DNA of 64,000 nt. It comes from Azolla caroliniana. Its lineage: Eukaryota; Plantae; Polypodiophyta. Positions 1 to 12,620 of this stretch are shown piece after piece. The DNA lies in NCBI GenBank assembly GCA_043228905.1, contig JBHGNT010000010.1:15934001-15998000 (forward strand), read 5' to 3'. How positions within the stretch are numbered: the first letter of the stretch is position 1; each line of letters begins with the position of its first letter. A program made the translations under genes and the position numbers. Below the pieces are notes generated by a model. It was given only the letters and a program-made list of their open reading frames with translations. It was not told the origin of the DNA and did not search any database.

Positions 1-2
1 AT

Positions 3-1000
3 GGGGAACTTGCGTTACGCGTGCAACAACTCGAAGCCACCATCGTAGCGATGCAACAACATGGGCCCGAAACACAAGGGATTCATAAAGAACCTAAGAT
101 TGGCCTTCCCACGAAGTTCGATGGAACGCGATCGCAGTTTAGAGGGTTCCTTAACCAGGTACGATTAGTTATTCAAATGCATCCTTCCCGATATCCCACC
201 GATGCATCACGAGTGGGTTTAGTAGGCACTTTGTTAAGTGGCTCAGCGTTGTCATGGTTCGCTCCACTATTAGAAAAGGAATCTCCGTTACTCAACAATT
301 TTGAAGAGTTTCTAGGTGAGTTTAAAGCATGTTTCGGAGATACTGACAGCATTAGGACCGCAATCAACAAAATCCGGCGATTACGCCAAGGTGACCGTCC
401 AGCCTCCGCATACGCTGCAGATTTTCGCCTACTCGCCGCCGATATCCCTTGGGATGATCAAGCGTTGATGGAGCAATTCCGTTATGGTTTACGCAACGAC
501 GTCAAGGATTTACTCTTGACCTTCCCCGAAGAGCCAAAGTCCTTAACAGAAGCAATCAGTCGCGCGGTGAGATGTGACAACCGCCTCTTTGAGCGACGTT
601 CGGAACGACAGCTACAGATGCCGAGGGCAAGATCAGAGCCACCTACGCCTCAGTGGTAGCAAGACCTTTTTCGAGGGAGTCATATAATGCGTCTCCAGCG
701 AATACTCCGACTCCGATGGAGATTGACACTACACGTCGTCGAGGGCCGTTATCCGAAGAAGAAAAGCAGCGACGCCGTACAAATCGACTATGTCTTTACT
801 GCGGTGGACCAGGACATATCGAAATAAATTGCCCCCATAGGCCAAGAAGACAGGTAAACCAAATAGTCGCTAGTTCTAATTGTACTAAATCCGAACCTAT
901 TTCAGTAGGGATATCTGATAGTCCTAATAGTACTAATATCCCAGATCTAGCAAACAAATTTGATGTCCTTAGTCAGTTAGAAGAAGAGTTAAACGACTAA
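3..1000 (+). CDS. gag: Element A gag (5'-partial; split by a probable 1-nt deletion near 637-641)
   Basis: Retrotransposon gag motif [21 protein letters not shown] and PTPMEID. Zn knuckle [14 protein letters not shown] lies in the second frame (653-1000). The frame is open from the window start. Confidence 0.85.
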
Positions 1001-4000
1001 GTCCAGCCAAAATAGGAGCCGTTTGGTTGGACAGCCCTAGATCTGTGCAGCCCATTAGTGGTTCCATTCCCTCTAAGCAAGTTAGTGATGTGTTCGTAGC
1101 CCAAGTAATAGTTAGTACTAAAAGTACCCCTCCAGTACATGTCCTAGCACTCCTAGATTCCGGAGCTAACTCTTGCTTTATGGATAAGAAATTTGCTCAA
1201 GCTCATAAGATATCCCTAAGAAAACTCCAGTGTCCAGCCTCTGTAGTAGTCATTGATGGACGTCCCATTGCTTCCGGAAATATCCTAGAAGAGTCAGAGC
1301 CCATTAATATTGTCCTAGATAACTTAGTATGTGTAGTATCATTTAATATTATTAGTATCCCAGAACATCCTATAGTTTTAGGACTACCGTGGTTCGAGTT
1401 ACATAACCCTGACATAGATTGGAGAACAAGAGAAATCCGGTGTCGACAAACCCAAGGGTCAACTCAGAAGATGGCAACCATTTCGCTACGTCAGTTGCGT
1501 AAAGAAGGGCACAAGGAGGAAATGTTCCTCTTTGCAATATCAGTAAACCCCTCCAACACCACTAAAGAAGAATCCACCGTTCAACTTCCCGAGAAGTATC
1601 GCCATTACACCGATGTGTTCGATAAAGTACAAGCCAACACACTTCCTCATCATCGACCGTACGATTGCCCCATCGATTTACAACCGGGAAAAGAGCCGCC
1701 ATGGGGACCGATCTACAATTTGTCACCAACCAAGCTGGAAGTCCTTCGGGCCTATATAGAGGAGAATTTGGAAAATGGTTTCATTCGGCATTCGAAATCT
1801 CCAGCCGGTGCGCCCATTTTCTTCGTCAAGAAAAAAGATGGATCGCTTCGTCTCGTTGTAGATTACCGTGGCTTGAATAAGGTTACAATCAGGAATAGGT
1901 ATGCTCTTCCCCTTATCTCAAGTCTTTTAGAACGGATCAATGGTGCCAGGTTCTTCACGAAGATCGACTTACGGGGAGCATATAACCTCGTACGGATCCG
2001 ACCAGGAGACGAATGGAAGACCGCGTTTCGCACCAGATATGGGCACTTCGAGTATACTGTCATGCCGTTCGGCCTCACTAATGCGCCGGCAGTCTTCCAG
2101 CACATGGCTAATGATATATTCCGAGATCTATTGGATGATTGTTTGATCATCTATTTGGATGATCTACTGGTTTATTCAAAGACCCAAGAAGAACATGATT
2201 CTCATGTACTATTAGTACTAAAACGACTTCGAGAACATGGTCTGTATGCAAAGCTAGAAAAATGTAGTTTCGGGTGCAACCAAGTGGAATTTCTCGGCTA
2301 CATCATTTCGTCAGAAGGCATCTCCATGGACCCAGCTAAGGTCAGAACGGTGGTAGAATGGCAGACTCCGCGTTCTGTACGGGATGTGCAATGCTTCTTA
2401 GGCTTTGCCAATTTTTACCGGAAGTTCATACAGGATTACTCAAAGATCGTTCTACCTCTCACACAACTTACCAGGAAGGGACAACCGTTCACCTGGTCTG
2501 AAGAAACGGACATGGCTTTCGAGAGTCTTAAAAAAGCATTTACATCGGCTCCAATTCTAGCTCATGTCGATCCGGAGAAACCATTCATTATCGAAGCTGA
2601 CGCATCGGATTTTGCATTGGGGAGCATTCTGTCACAACAGGGGAATGATGAAAAGCTACATCCTGTGGCTTTTCACTCACGCAAGTTTGATGCCGCCGAA
2701 ATCAACTACGAAATCCATGATAAGGAGCTATTGGCAATAGTGGATTCTTTTATGCAATGGAGGCATTTTTTGGAGGGATCCTCTCATCCAGTCACCGTAT
2801 TTAGTGACCACAAGAATCTTGCCTACTTTCAGGATGCTCGTGTGTTGAATCGACGTCAAGCTCGGTGGGCCCACTTCCTCACGCGTTTCGACTTCAAAAT
2901 TACATATCGTCCGGGGAGGCACCAAGGGAAGGCAGATGCATTATCACGGCGTTCGTATCTAGCACCCCGTCCCGGCGAGCCAGCTTTCGATAACCAAAAA
3001 CAAGTCATCTTGGGACCGGCACGATTACAAGCAACACAAATCTTTGACATGCCTATGGATTCCCGCGTTATCGATACCATACGTGAAGACTTGAAGACAG
3101 ATGCGTTCGCCCAAGCTATACTAGCACAAATTGATCCCTCTCGAGCGTCGTGTTCACAGTCGCAACCACCAGGTACGGACTATCGGCAATTCAAATACCA
3201 TGATGGATTACTCTTCTTTAAAGAACTTTTGTATGTTCCTAATGGTTCTTGCCGCCTTCGAGTAGTACAAAACTGTCATGACACATATACAGCTGGGCAT
3301 TTTGGTAGTACTAAAACATTACATTTAGTACAACGATCATTCTGGTGGCCCTGTATGCGACAATTTGTCGAGGATTTTGTTCGGACTTGTGATACATGTT
3401 GCAGAGCGAAAATGCCAAGGCATCATCCATATGGTTTATTAGAACCATTATCAATTCCAAGCAAGCCGTGGCAATCCATTGCTCTAGACTTCATCACAGA
3501 TCTTCCAGTCTCTAAGGGGTTCAATGCGATTCTAACGGTGGTCGATCGATATACGAAGATGGCTCATTTCTTGCCATGTACTAAGGAGATCTCCAGTGAA
3601 GACACTGCCGAAATTGTCATGCGTGAAGTATGTCGGCATCATGGACTCCCCAATAGTATCATCAGCGACCGTGGACCCCAGTTCGTGTCAAAATTCTGGA
3701 AGCACCTTTTTAACATGCTCAAGGTCACTTGTAACCTCTCTTCCGGCTACCACCCACAAACTGACGGCCAAGCTGAACGAACAAATCAAACGTTGGAGCA
3801 GTATCTGCGGTGCTTTCTCAGCTATCATCAGGACGACTGGACAGATATTCTCCACTTCACCGAATTTGCCTATAACAACTCTATCCACGCATCCACTAAA
3901 GTTACGCCATTTTATGCTTATACGGGATGTCACCCCCGGTGGAGTGTACTTGAAACCCCAGAGGTGTCCACAAATCCGTGCGCGGAGGATCGTTTGGAGC

Positions 4001-4584
4001 GGTTACGCAAGATACAAGCGGATTTATCTACTCATCTCCAACAAGCTCAACAAACACACAAGGTCTACGCGGATCGTCATCGACTTCCATCTAGTTTTAA
4101 TATTGGAGATCGGGTGTGGTTGCTACGACGACACATCAAGACTACTCGCCCATGTGAGAAGTTGGATTATCGGCGATTAGGTCCTTTCCGTATTATTGGA
4201 AAGATTAATGATGTTGCTTTTCGTCTCGATCTACCTCCTCAACTTCGGATACATCCGGTGTTTCATAGTTCTCTCTTCGAACCCTACCACGAGAGCACCA
4301 TCCCAGAACGTCTTATCCAACCTCCACCCCCGATCGAGCTTGAAGATGGGCCGGAGTACGAGGTTGCCGCCATTCTTGATTCCAAGATTGTTCGCAACAA
4401 GCTCTACTATCTAGTCGATTGGCTAGGCTATAGTCCCAGCGAACGTACTTGGGAACCGATCGAGAATGTAACCAATGCTCGTGCTCTTCTTGAAGACTTC
4501 CATCGTCAATATCCACACAAACCGAGTCCTCAATCCAAGACGACTCGTGACACTCGTCGTTTTAAAGGGGGGATAGTGTCATGA
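973..4584 (+). CDS. pol: Element A pol polyprotein (PR, RT, RNase H, integrase, chromodomain), in the -1 frame relative to gag
   Basis: Stop-free from 973. Motifs: [22 protein letters not shown] ([12 protein letters not shown]), DFITDLP/SDRG/ERTN, GPF, chromodomain [22 protein letters not shown]. The stop codon lies inside the LTR. Confidence 0.96.
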   Translation, partial: SVRRRVKRLSPAKIGAVWLDSPRSVQPISGSIPSKQVSDVFVAQVIVSTKSTPPVHVLALLDSGANSCFMDKKFAQAHKISLRKLQCPASVVVIDGRPIASGNILEESEPINIVLDNLVCVVSFNIISIPEHPIVLGLPWFELHNPDIDWRTREIRCRQTQGSTQKMATISLRQLRKEGHKEEMFLFAISVNPSNTTKEESTVQLPEKYRHYTDVFDKVQANTLPHHRPYDCPIDLQPGKEPPWGPIYNLSPTKLEVLRAYIEENLENGFIRHSKSPAGAPIFFVKKKDGSLRLVVDYRGLNKVTIRNRYALPLISSLLERINGARFFTKIDLRGAYNLVRIRPGDEWKTAFRTRYGHFEYTVMPFGLTNAPAVFQHMANDIFRDLLDDCLIIYLDDLLVYSKTQEEHDSHVLLVLKRLREHGLYAKLEKCSFGCNQVEFLGYIISSEGISMDPAKVRTVVEWQTPRSVRDVQCFLGFANFYRKFIQDYSKIVLPLTQLTRKGQPFTWSEETDMAFESLKKAFTSAPILAHVDPEKPFIIEADASDFALGSILSQQGNDEKLHPVAFHSRKFDAAEINYEIHDKELLAIVDSFMQWRHFLEGSSHPVTVFSDHKNLAYFQDARVLNRRQARWAHFLTRFDFKITYRPGRHQGKADALSRRSYLAPRPGEPAFDNQKQVILGPARLQATQIFDMPMDSRVIDTIREDLKTDAFAQAILAQIDPSRASCSQSQPPGTDYRQFKYHDGLLFFKELLYVPNGSCRLRVVQNCHDTYTAGHFGSTKTLHLVQRSFWWPCMRQFVEDFVRTCDTCCRAKMPRHHPYGLLEPLSIPSKPWQSIALDFITDLPVSKGFNAILTVVDRYTKMAHFLPCTKEISSEDTAEIVMREVCRHHGLPNSIISDRGPQFVSKFWKHLFNMLKVTCNLSSGYHPQTDGQAERTNQTLEQYLRCFLSYHQDDWTDILHFTEFAYNNSIHASTKVTPFYAYTGCHPRWSVLETPEVSTNPCAEDRLERLRKIQADLSTHLQQAQQTHKVYADRHRLPSSFNIGDRVWLLRRHIKTTRPCEKLDYRRLGPFRIIGKINDVAFRLDLPPQLRIHPVFHSSLFEPYHESTIPERLIQPPPPIELEDGPEYEVAAILDSKIVRNKLYYLVDWLGYSPSERTWEPIENVTNARALLEDFHRQYPHKPSPQSKTTRDTRRFKGGIVS
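988..1040 (+). promoter_or_regulatory. Predicted -1 ribosomal frameshift signal (G_TTA_AAC plus stem-loop/pseudoknot)
   Basis: Heptamer 988-994 is in gag phase, with a 6-nt spacer and an 11-bp stem (1001-1011 with 1022-1032). Loop TAGG can pair with CCTA at 1036-1039. Confidence 0.75.
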
Positions 4585-4878
4585 TATGGCAAGACTCGAA
4601 CCCATGACCTTAGGTTATATGGGTCGAGCTCTTGACCATTAGAACATCTATTGTAATACGTAGGATATTATTTTCATTTACATTTTATTATAGGAAATTA
4701 GTGTATATTCCAGATTTCTCTGGAACATTCTAGAAGCTTCAGGATTACTCCTGAAAACACTATAAAAGAGGGCACTAGGCATTATGTTGAACCAAATTGG
4801 TTCAACGCCAGTCTTAAGCCTTTTAGCCACCGTTGTATATTCTCTTCATATAATAAATATCTTTCTTATCATCACTCA

Positions 4879-4912
<34 letters not shown>

Positions 4913-5016
4913 GTCTCGCTCACTTCTTCCTTCTCTCGAAGAAGTTCCACACCTCTCATAGTACTAATCCTTCGTTTAGTACTAATTCCTTCTCTGTCTC
5001 AGTACTGTTCATGACA
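4577..5016 (+). repeat. Element A 3' LTR (440 bp)
   Basis: TGTCATGA...TCATGACA terminal inverted repeat, preceded by the PPT; TATAAAAG at ~4761, AATAAA and a (CT)n tract. Confidence 0.92.
4586..4646 (-). promoter_or_regulatory. tRNA-like Pol III A/B-box module in A U3 (antisense)
   Basis: Minus strand: A-like box TGTTCTAATGG, 33 nt, then B box GGTTCGAGTC preceded by AGGTCATG. Confidence 0.6.
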
Positions 5017-5814
5017 CAGAGTGGACTACGAGGAGACCTTTGCCCTGGTGGCAAAGATGACAACGGTGTGGACCGTAATTGCGCTTGCCGCGGCGAAACG
5101 GTGGCACCTCCATCAAATGGACGTCAAGAACGCCTTTCTACAAGGCGAATTAGAAGAGGAGGTGTACATGATACAACCACCCGACTTCAACTCGAGCACC
5201 CATCCGAAAGCTGTATGCCGACTCAAGAAGCCTCTCTACGGCCTCAAGCAAGCACCGTGTGCTTGGCATTCGAAGATAACGCAATATCTTCATCAAATCG
5301 GCTTCCGTATGTCAAAATCGGACAACTCCGTCTACATACGAAGCGATTCCGCAAGTCCGATCGCCATCATCTTATATGTGGATGACCTAGTCATTGGAGG
5401 TGAGCATCTCGTCGAAATCAATAAGGTCAAATTCCTCCTTTCCGACAAGTTCGAGATGACGGACATGAAGGAGCTCCACTACTTCCTCGGCATCGAGGCA
5501 ATTCGGACTCCGGCCGGAATCATGATCTCTCAACGGCACTACATCCTCAACTTGTTATACAGGTTTGGAATGGTTGAGTGCAAATCCGTGGCAACCCCGC
5601 TGGATCACAATCTCAAACTAGATGTGAACTCCGGCACCAAAGCGTGTGAGACGAGTCAGTATCGGCAACTCATCGGGAGTCTCATCTACCTCATGATCAC
5701 TCGACCTGATCTCAGTTATCTGGTCGGTCTCCTTAGCCAATTCATGCAAACACCGCTATCGCGAAGTTTCGCGTTCGCATGTAGAAAGAGGCGGGACCAC
5801 GGGGGCCTTGAACC

Positions 5815-5852
<38 letters not shown>

Positions 5853-5887
5853 CTTGCAGACACGCAAGAGAAAGAAGGAAAGAGAAA

Positions 5888-8800
5888 TGTAAAGAATCAA
5901 GATATGGATTCTGGTGAAGTGGAACAGGTGTGAACTGTGTGTGTATGAGAGAGAGAGCGAGAGAGAGAGAGAGAGAGTGAGAGAGAGACAAGGAGTAATA
6001 CACAGAGAATACACAAGGTTAAAAGTATATTAACAAAGGAGAAAGACTCAACAATATACAAGGTGGGAGGAGGGTGCTTTATGTAGTCACCCTCTCTCTT
6101 CATTAACTACAAGGCTCATGGAGAATGGGGAATGTGAAAGCTCATAAGTTATGTGTCATAGAATATGATTCTATGACTCATACTAAATGCTAGAATACAA
6201 AGTGGTGACATAATGGTGACTCTTGACCGTTGAGGTGTCTCTTCACCCTCAAGGTGAGGATGTAGTGCCATTGAGAGATCATGATTCCGGCCGGAGTCCG
6301 AATTACCTCGATGCCGAGGAAGTAGTAGAGCTCCTTCATGTTCGTCATCTTGAACTTGTCGGAAAGGAGGAATTTGACCTTATTGATTACGACGAGATGC
6401 TCACCTCCAATGACTAGGTCATCCACATATAAGATGATGACGATCGGACTTGCGGAATCGCCTCGTATGTAGAGGGAGTTGTCCGATTTTGACATACGGA
6501 AGCCGATTTGATGAAGATATTGCGTTATCTTCGAATGTCAAGCACGCGGTGCTTGCTTGAGGCCGTAGAGAGGCTTCTTGAGTCGGCAAATAGCTTTCGG
6601 ATGGGTGCTCGAGTTGAAGCCGGGTGGTTGTATCATGTACACCTCGTCTTCTAATTCGCCTTGTAGAAAGGTGTTCTTGACGTCCATTTGATGGAGGTGC
6701 CACCGTTTCGCCGCGGCAAGCGCAATTACGGTCCGCACCGTTGTCATCTTTGCCACCGGGGCAAAGGTCTCTTCGCAATCAACGCCATGCATCTAAGCGT
6801 ATCCTTTCGCTACGAGTCGAGCTTTGTAGCGGTTTACGGAGCCATCGACGTTGTACTTCACCTTGTAGATCCATCTGCATCCGATCGCCTTTTTGTGTGG
6901 TGAGGTGGGAACGAGATCCGACGTCTTGTTCTTGCGTAGTGCCTGCATCTCTTCGTTCATTGCTTCGATCCATCGTGGCTCCCGTACTGTCGCTACCTTC
7001 ATCATAAAGGCGTAATGGTACGCCATATAATCATTGTAACCAAATCGGCTTACGAGGTTCTTTTCATGAGTGGATCGGCATAGCTTTTCATTTTCAGAGA
7101 TGAGGGCTTTCTTTGCTCTGATTGGTACATCGAAGCCGCCGAACTCACTGTCGAGTGAGTCAGTCGATTCATCGTCGTCGGGGCGATCGTCTTCATATTC
7201 CGCCATTTTCGCCTTGCCTTTGTCCATCTTCGGGCTAGGCCGTGATGTGCTTTGATCGCTCAAAGGCTCTTGTGGTCCGCTCAGGCGAGTCGTGATCGGA
7301 CTTTCTTCGATCATGCGCGTAGGGCGATCTTCATCCTCGATCTCTTGTTCGGCAAATTCTGGGTCAAGCGGAGGTGAAGTTGTCTCTGGTGCGTACCAGG
7401 ATGCAGACTCGTCAAAAATGACGTCTCGACTTACTCGAGATTTTCGAGTTGAGGAGTTATAGCACTTGTACCCCTTTTGTTCAAGTGAGTATCCTACGAG
7501 GATACATTTCTCCGACTTCGGGTCGCTTCTCGTCGGGGATGTGCACGTACGCTATCGCGCTGAATATCCGGATATGCGATAAGTCCGGTTTCCTTCCGAA
7601 GTATTTTTCGTGCGGAGTGACCTCGTGCACGCCGGATGTTGTGCACCGGTTCATTAGGTAGACGACTGTATTTGCAGCTTCGGCCCAATATGACTTGGGC
7701 ATATGCTTCTCGTTCATCATGGCCCGCGCTACTTCGAGGATGTGCCGATTTTTGCACTCGGCTACTCCGTTTTGTTGCGGAGTGTGTCGGCAAGTGAATT
7801 CTCGCCGAATTCCTTCCTTTCGGAGATGCACTGTGAAATCGTCCGAGAAGTACTCCTTGCCGCCATCCGATCGAAGGCATCGTACATGTAGGCCCATGGC
7901 TTTCTCGACTTCATTCTTGAACTTTTGGAAGTGTCCGAACACTTCGCTCTTTTGCCACATCGGATAGATCCAAGTGTGCCTAGAAAAGTCGTCGATGAAG
8001 AGCACGTAATATCGGCATCCGCTGAATGTCGCCGTTTGAGCCGGACCCCATACATCGGAATGAATTACGTTGAGTGCATCTTTGCTCACATGCCGCTCCT
8101 TCGGAAATGGGTGTCGGTGTTGGTTGCCGAATTGTCATGCTTCGCATACACCTTCAATCTCCTTCTCTTTGAATGTCGGGAGTCCGATGACGACTCCTTT
8201 CGATTTCATTGCTTTGAGTTTGTTGAGATTGATGTGGCCGATTCGCTTATGCCATAGCTCTATGTCGGAGTCGGCTTTCGTGCTTTTCGCGAACATGGCG
8301 GATTTCATCTCGTGCGAATCGAGACTGAACATCCTGCCCTCTCTTCTTCCGCGTGCGATGATTCGGCCTTCTTTTTCGATGAAGCACCCTTCTTGGTCGA
8401 ATCGTACTTGCATCCCTTGCTCAACCATTTGGCCGACTTAGACCAAATTCTTTGTGATGGTGGGAACATGCAAGACATTTTTAATGTATGTTAGCTTACC
8501 TCTTTCGCCGAACGGAACATTGGCGATGTGCCGAATCGGGTGCGTAGTGTCATCTCCGGTTTCGACATAACCGGGTCGCTCCGGCTCTCGAAGTTCAAGA
8601 AACTATTCTTTGTGGGATGTCACATGGTTTGAGGCTCCGGAGTCAACAAACCATACGTCCTCCGGATTGATGGCACTAGTTGCAGTAGAGGCCAACATAG
8701 AGTTTGCTCTATGTTTCATCATGAACATTCCGCCACGGTCGGAGTTGTATGCGTACATTCCGCCACGATCCTCGTAGTCAGAGTTGTGCCCGTACATTCC

Positions 8801-10273
8801 GCTATACTCTTCATAGTCGGAATTGTGCGTGTAATTCGTGAGTTGTCGGCTTGTGGAAGCCGATTCACGCATCTTCTTTCGGCACTCTTCTTCGTGGTGG
8901 CCGAGCTTTCCGCAATATCCGCATTCGGGTGGTTTTGACGGCTCGGGCCGGAGTGGAAGCTCCCCCTTCTTGGTAATGTTCCTCGTTGGCCTCCGTTTTG
9001 CAGCCAAAATTGGGAGTTGTTGTCGTAGGTCGGACCTTGTCCGCCTTGTCCTTGGCCGAATCGGCCTCTCGCTCTTCCGCGTCCTCTTCCTCCATTAGAG
9101 TGCGTGTAGAGCATGTGGCCTTCCGACTCATTGCTCCGTGTATGCACGTGGTTTTCTTCAACCAATAGCATTGATTGGAGCTCGAAGAAGGAGGGAGATT
9201 TGTCCCGTGCTAGAACGGCGGTTCGCATCGCGCCGAACCGTGGTGCGAGGCCACCGAGGCATATTTGCACCATCTCATCATCATCTATACTTACGCTTAT
9301 TGAGCCGAGCGAGTCGCAAAGCTCCTTGATTTTCAAGGTGTATGTCGTGATGGACATGTCCCTTTGTTGAATGTTGTTCAACTCTTGGCGGAGTTGAAGC
9401 TTCCTCGCGGTTGTGTTGGCGGCGAAAATCTTTCGTAGATTTTCCCATGCTTCCTTTGGCGTCTTGGCTTCTCGAATGTAGCCGAGCATGTGGTTGTGAA
9501 CACATGTCGCCAAACAATACAGCACGCGGCTTGCGGCTTGCTCCCATGTCGCGTATCTGGGAGCCGCCTCGACGGGTCGGTCTTCATGTGCTCCTTTGAT
9601 GTAGCTCCAATAGCCTTGTCCGACAAGGTATTGGTGCATCTTGTACTCCCAAGATACGAAGTTGTTTTGATCCAACTTCTCGGTAGGGAGAGCGCTCCCC
9701 ATTTGAGTATTCATTATGTCGATTCTTCTTCTTCTTCTTCTCTCTTTGAATGCGAGCTATGTAGCGAAGCTACGATAGCTATGAGCCAGTTCTTGGTCGT
9801 CGGCGTAGAGCACAACACACGATCACGATGAGGCGAATGGGCTAGATCGAGCTACCAAATCGCTCTCATACCATGTAAAGAATCAAGAGATGGATTTTGG
9901 TGAATCGGAATAGGTGTTAACTGTGTGTGTATGAGAGAGAGAGAGAGAGAGAGTGAGTGAGAGAGACAAGGAGGAATACACAGAGAATATGCAAGGTTAA
10001 AAGTATATTAACAAAGGAGAAAGATTCAACAATATACAAGGTGGGAGGAGGGTGCTTTATGTAGTCACCCTCTCTCTTCATTAACTACAAGGCTCATGGA
10101 GCATGGGGAATGTGAAAGCTCATAAGTTATGTGTAATAGAATATGATTCTATGACTCATACTAAATGCTAGAATACAAAGTGGTGACATAATGGTGACTC
10201 TTGACCGTTGAGGTGTCTCTTCACTCTCAAGGTGAGTTCACACACTAGACCACGTTGAGCTTGATTCTCAACA
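5888..10273 (-). mobile_element. Element F: Ty1/Copia (B family) inserted in the C 3' LTR; RT end, RH and PPT deleted
   Basis: 5-bp TSD AGAAA; 5' LTR 9874-10273; truncated 3' LTR 5888-6258; iMet-type PBS TGGTATGAGAGC at 9862-9873. Confidence 0.92.
6259..9714 (-). pseudogene. Element F gag-PR-IN-RT (stops and frameshifts)
   Basis: gag [71 protein letters not shown]. Confidence 0.9.
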
Positions 10274-10922
10274 AGAAACAAACGGCACACTCAGTTGCAG
10301 TAACAATAGATTACAATATTCAGAGATTGCAAACTCTGACGGTTACAACCGGCCACCCGGTAATGGACGTGACACGGGGTCCTACTCACGCACACCGACG
10401 ACAGCCACACGACTCGAAGAAACAAAGGGGAAAAGGCAAGAGAGAGACTCTGCCGGAAGCACATGGGTTGTCCACGAAGCAGAGGCAACAAACTCCCGAC
10501 ACCCGCAGAGAACGACAATTGGAGGAGAGAGAGCTCGACACTCGGTTATGCAGCAGCACTTCGTCCTCGCCAACGCGCGATATCTTTATCTTCCTTCTCT
10601 CCCTCCTTAAATAGTTCGCAAAAAGGGGGAGTGCCCCCTTTCTCCCTAGTCAAATCGCTTTATTCCATGTCCCTTTTGACAGAGATACGCACAATCCCCT
10701 AATAAATGTGTACTACTTAGTATTTACATCAGCCGATCCATTTATGAATCATGTACAAAATATCAAAATATGAATTCACGCGTCCATTCGTGTAAGAGCC
10801 GATCCATGCGCCCTTTTCTCTGATTCTGCCTATGGCCGGTTTTCTTCACGACATCCACCCCCAGCAAACCACGCATCCATCGGCATGCGCTAGAGACGGG
10901 TAGTTACCGAAGAAAACCGGCT

Positions 10923-12620
10923 TCACTCATCGCTCTCCGATTCTCCGCCGGGCCCGAACTGATCATCGTTGCCACTCCCGCTCGCAGGCTCCGGCTCGTC
11001 TTCGAACCGCTTCTTGAACGCTTCGATCTGCTTCCTGACCACCGGCACTGCTAACCGCGTCCCGTCGAGTTCCGCGAGGTGGTATGTGCCGTTGTCATTC
11101 ACGCTCGTCACCGTGTAGGGCCCGAACCACCTCCTAGAAAACTTTCGCACCGCCTTGTGCTGATTGTCGAGGCTGCTATCATATACCAAGACCCAGTCGC
11201 CTTCCTCGATCTTCTTTGGTCGCAACCGGTGTGTCCGGGTCAACCGGGTCTTGTTCCGCTTCCTTGCCGCTCGTAGCTTTTCCTTTGCCCGTCTCACGTC
11301 CTCCGACCTCCGCTCGAGTTGCCGAATCCGCGCCACCAGCAACTCCTCCCGGCTCATCTCGTCCTTCCAATCTACCGCCGCCCATGAAGAAATTGTCCAT
11401 TCTGTCGGCATGATCGGCTTCTGTCCGTACATCAGCTCTGCCGGCATAAACCCTGTCACCGAACTGTGCGTAGTTTGGTCTGCCCATAGTGCGTAAGGAA
11501 GGAGCCACGGCCAATTCCCGACTTGCCCTCCGCATGCACGCACCAACGCCTTTACGATCGGCCCGTGCCCACGTTCTACCTTCCCTTTCGCCACCGGATT
11601 GTACGCTGTAGTGAGGGAGAGTTTGACCCCTAGCCGGTCGAACAACTCAGCTTCCCGCGCATCCAGCTCTCCCCGGTCCACCACGATCCTCTCGATGCAC
11701 CCATACCTACCTCTTCGATCAGGAACCGGCATACTGTCGCGGTTTTCTTGTTCTACAGTGCATGGCCTTCCACCTGGTTCGTTAAGTCTTCCCGCGCAAG
11801 CACCAGGTATCGCATCTGTCCTACTCCCATCGGCATCGTCACCAAGTCCACCATCCATTTGAAATGGACCACAAGCGGGTAAGTCGGGTGTAGCTCGTCC
11901 TGATGTCGGATTACGGAGTGCATCTGACAGCTTTCACAAGTCGTTACGAACCGATGCACGTCTTGGTACAACCCCGATCACCAGTACTTCTCCTTCAGCT
12001 TCTCGAACGTGGCCCACGTTCCGCGGTGTCCGGCCCAGGGACTCTCGTGAAATGCCGCCAGTAGTTCCTCCCGTTCTTCTTTCTTTGCCACTACTTGGAG
12101 CGGGATGCCGTTTCTCTTCTTTGGGTGCCTCCATATGCACTCATCTTGCAGGAAGAATCGATACACCTTCTTCCGTACCCGGCTCGCCTCTTCTCTCGTC
12201 CATGTTGTGTCCGGCGTCATCGTCCGTAGGAACCTCCCGATTTGGAGCCACTCCCCGTCGTACCTGCTTTCGTCAAATTCGTTAAGCGCCGGAGTGTCCC
12301 CTTTCTTCGTCGTCACATTAGCCGACCCGAGAAGTCCTCGCCGACTTCTTCGTCATCTGAAACCATGCCGCCTTCGTCGTTGAACCTTGCTCTCGGAAGC
12401 ATGTTGGCCATGGTGTTATCCTTTCCAGAGATGTGCCGTATCTCCGGGTTCCGGGACTTAATGTACGCTATCCACCGGAGCATTGCTAGGTCCGGCGTCG
12501 CGCATCCGGAAACCATGCTGAGTATCGGCAGGCAGTCCGTCTCAATGATCACCTCCGTCTCGATCAGATAGTCCTTGTTGGCCTTGACTGCTGCAACGAT
12601 ACCCCAAAGCTCGTGCTTAA
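10923..12620 (-). pseudogene. Element C RNase H C-terminus and integrase (frameshifted)
   Basis: IIETDCLPIL, HESPWAGHRG..CESC, DRGE, KVERGH, WFGPY across several frames. Confidence 0.85.

Larger units (their letters stand above)
1..5016 (+). mobile_element. Element A: Ty3/Gypsy chromovirus (Tcn1-like); 5' LTR lies upstream of the window
   Basis: gag, then intact PR-RT-RH-IN-chromodomain pol, PPT AAAGGGGGGATAG (4564-4576) and 3' LTR 4577-5016. Immediately followed by Copia RT (VDYEETFA), so A is inserted in B. Lineage call is from motif resemblance, not a database search. Confidence 0.92.

Noticed and set aside
630-660. Programmed frameshift inside A gag
   Set aside because: There is no slippery heptamer or stimulatory structure; one missing base in GAGCC(C)ACC restores [10 protein letters not shown], so a mutation or sequencing error is more likely.
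10854-10922. env-like or extra ORF between IN and the 3' LTR in C, D and E
   Set aside because: The spacers are under ~80 bp, leaving no room.
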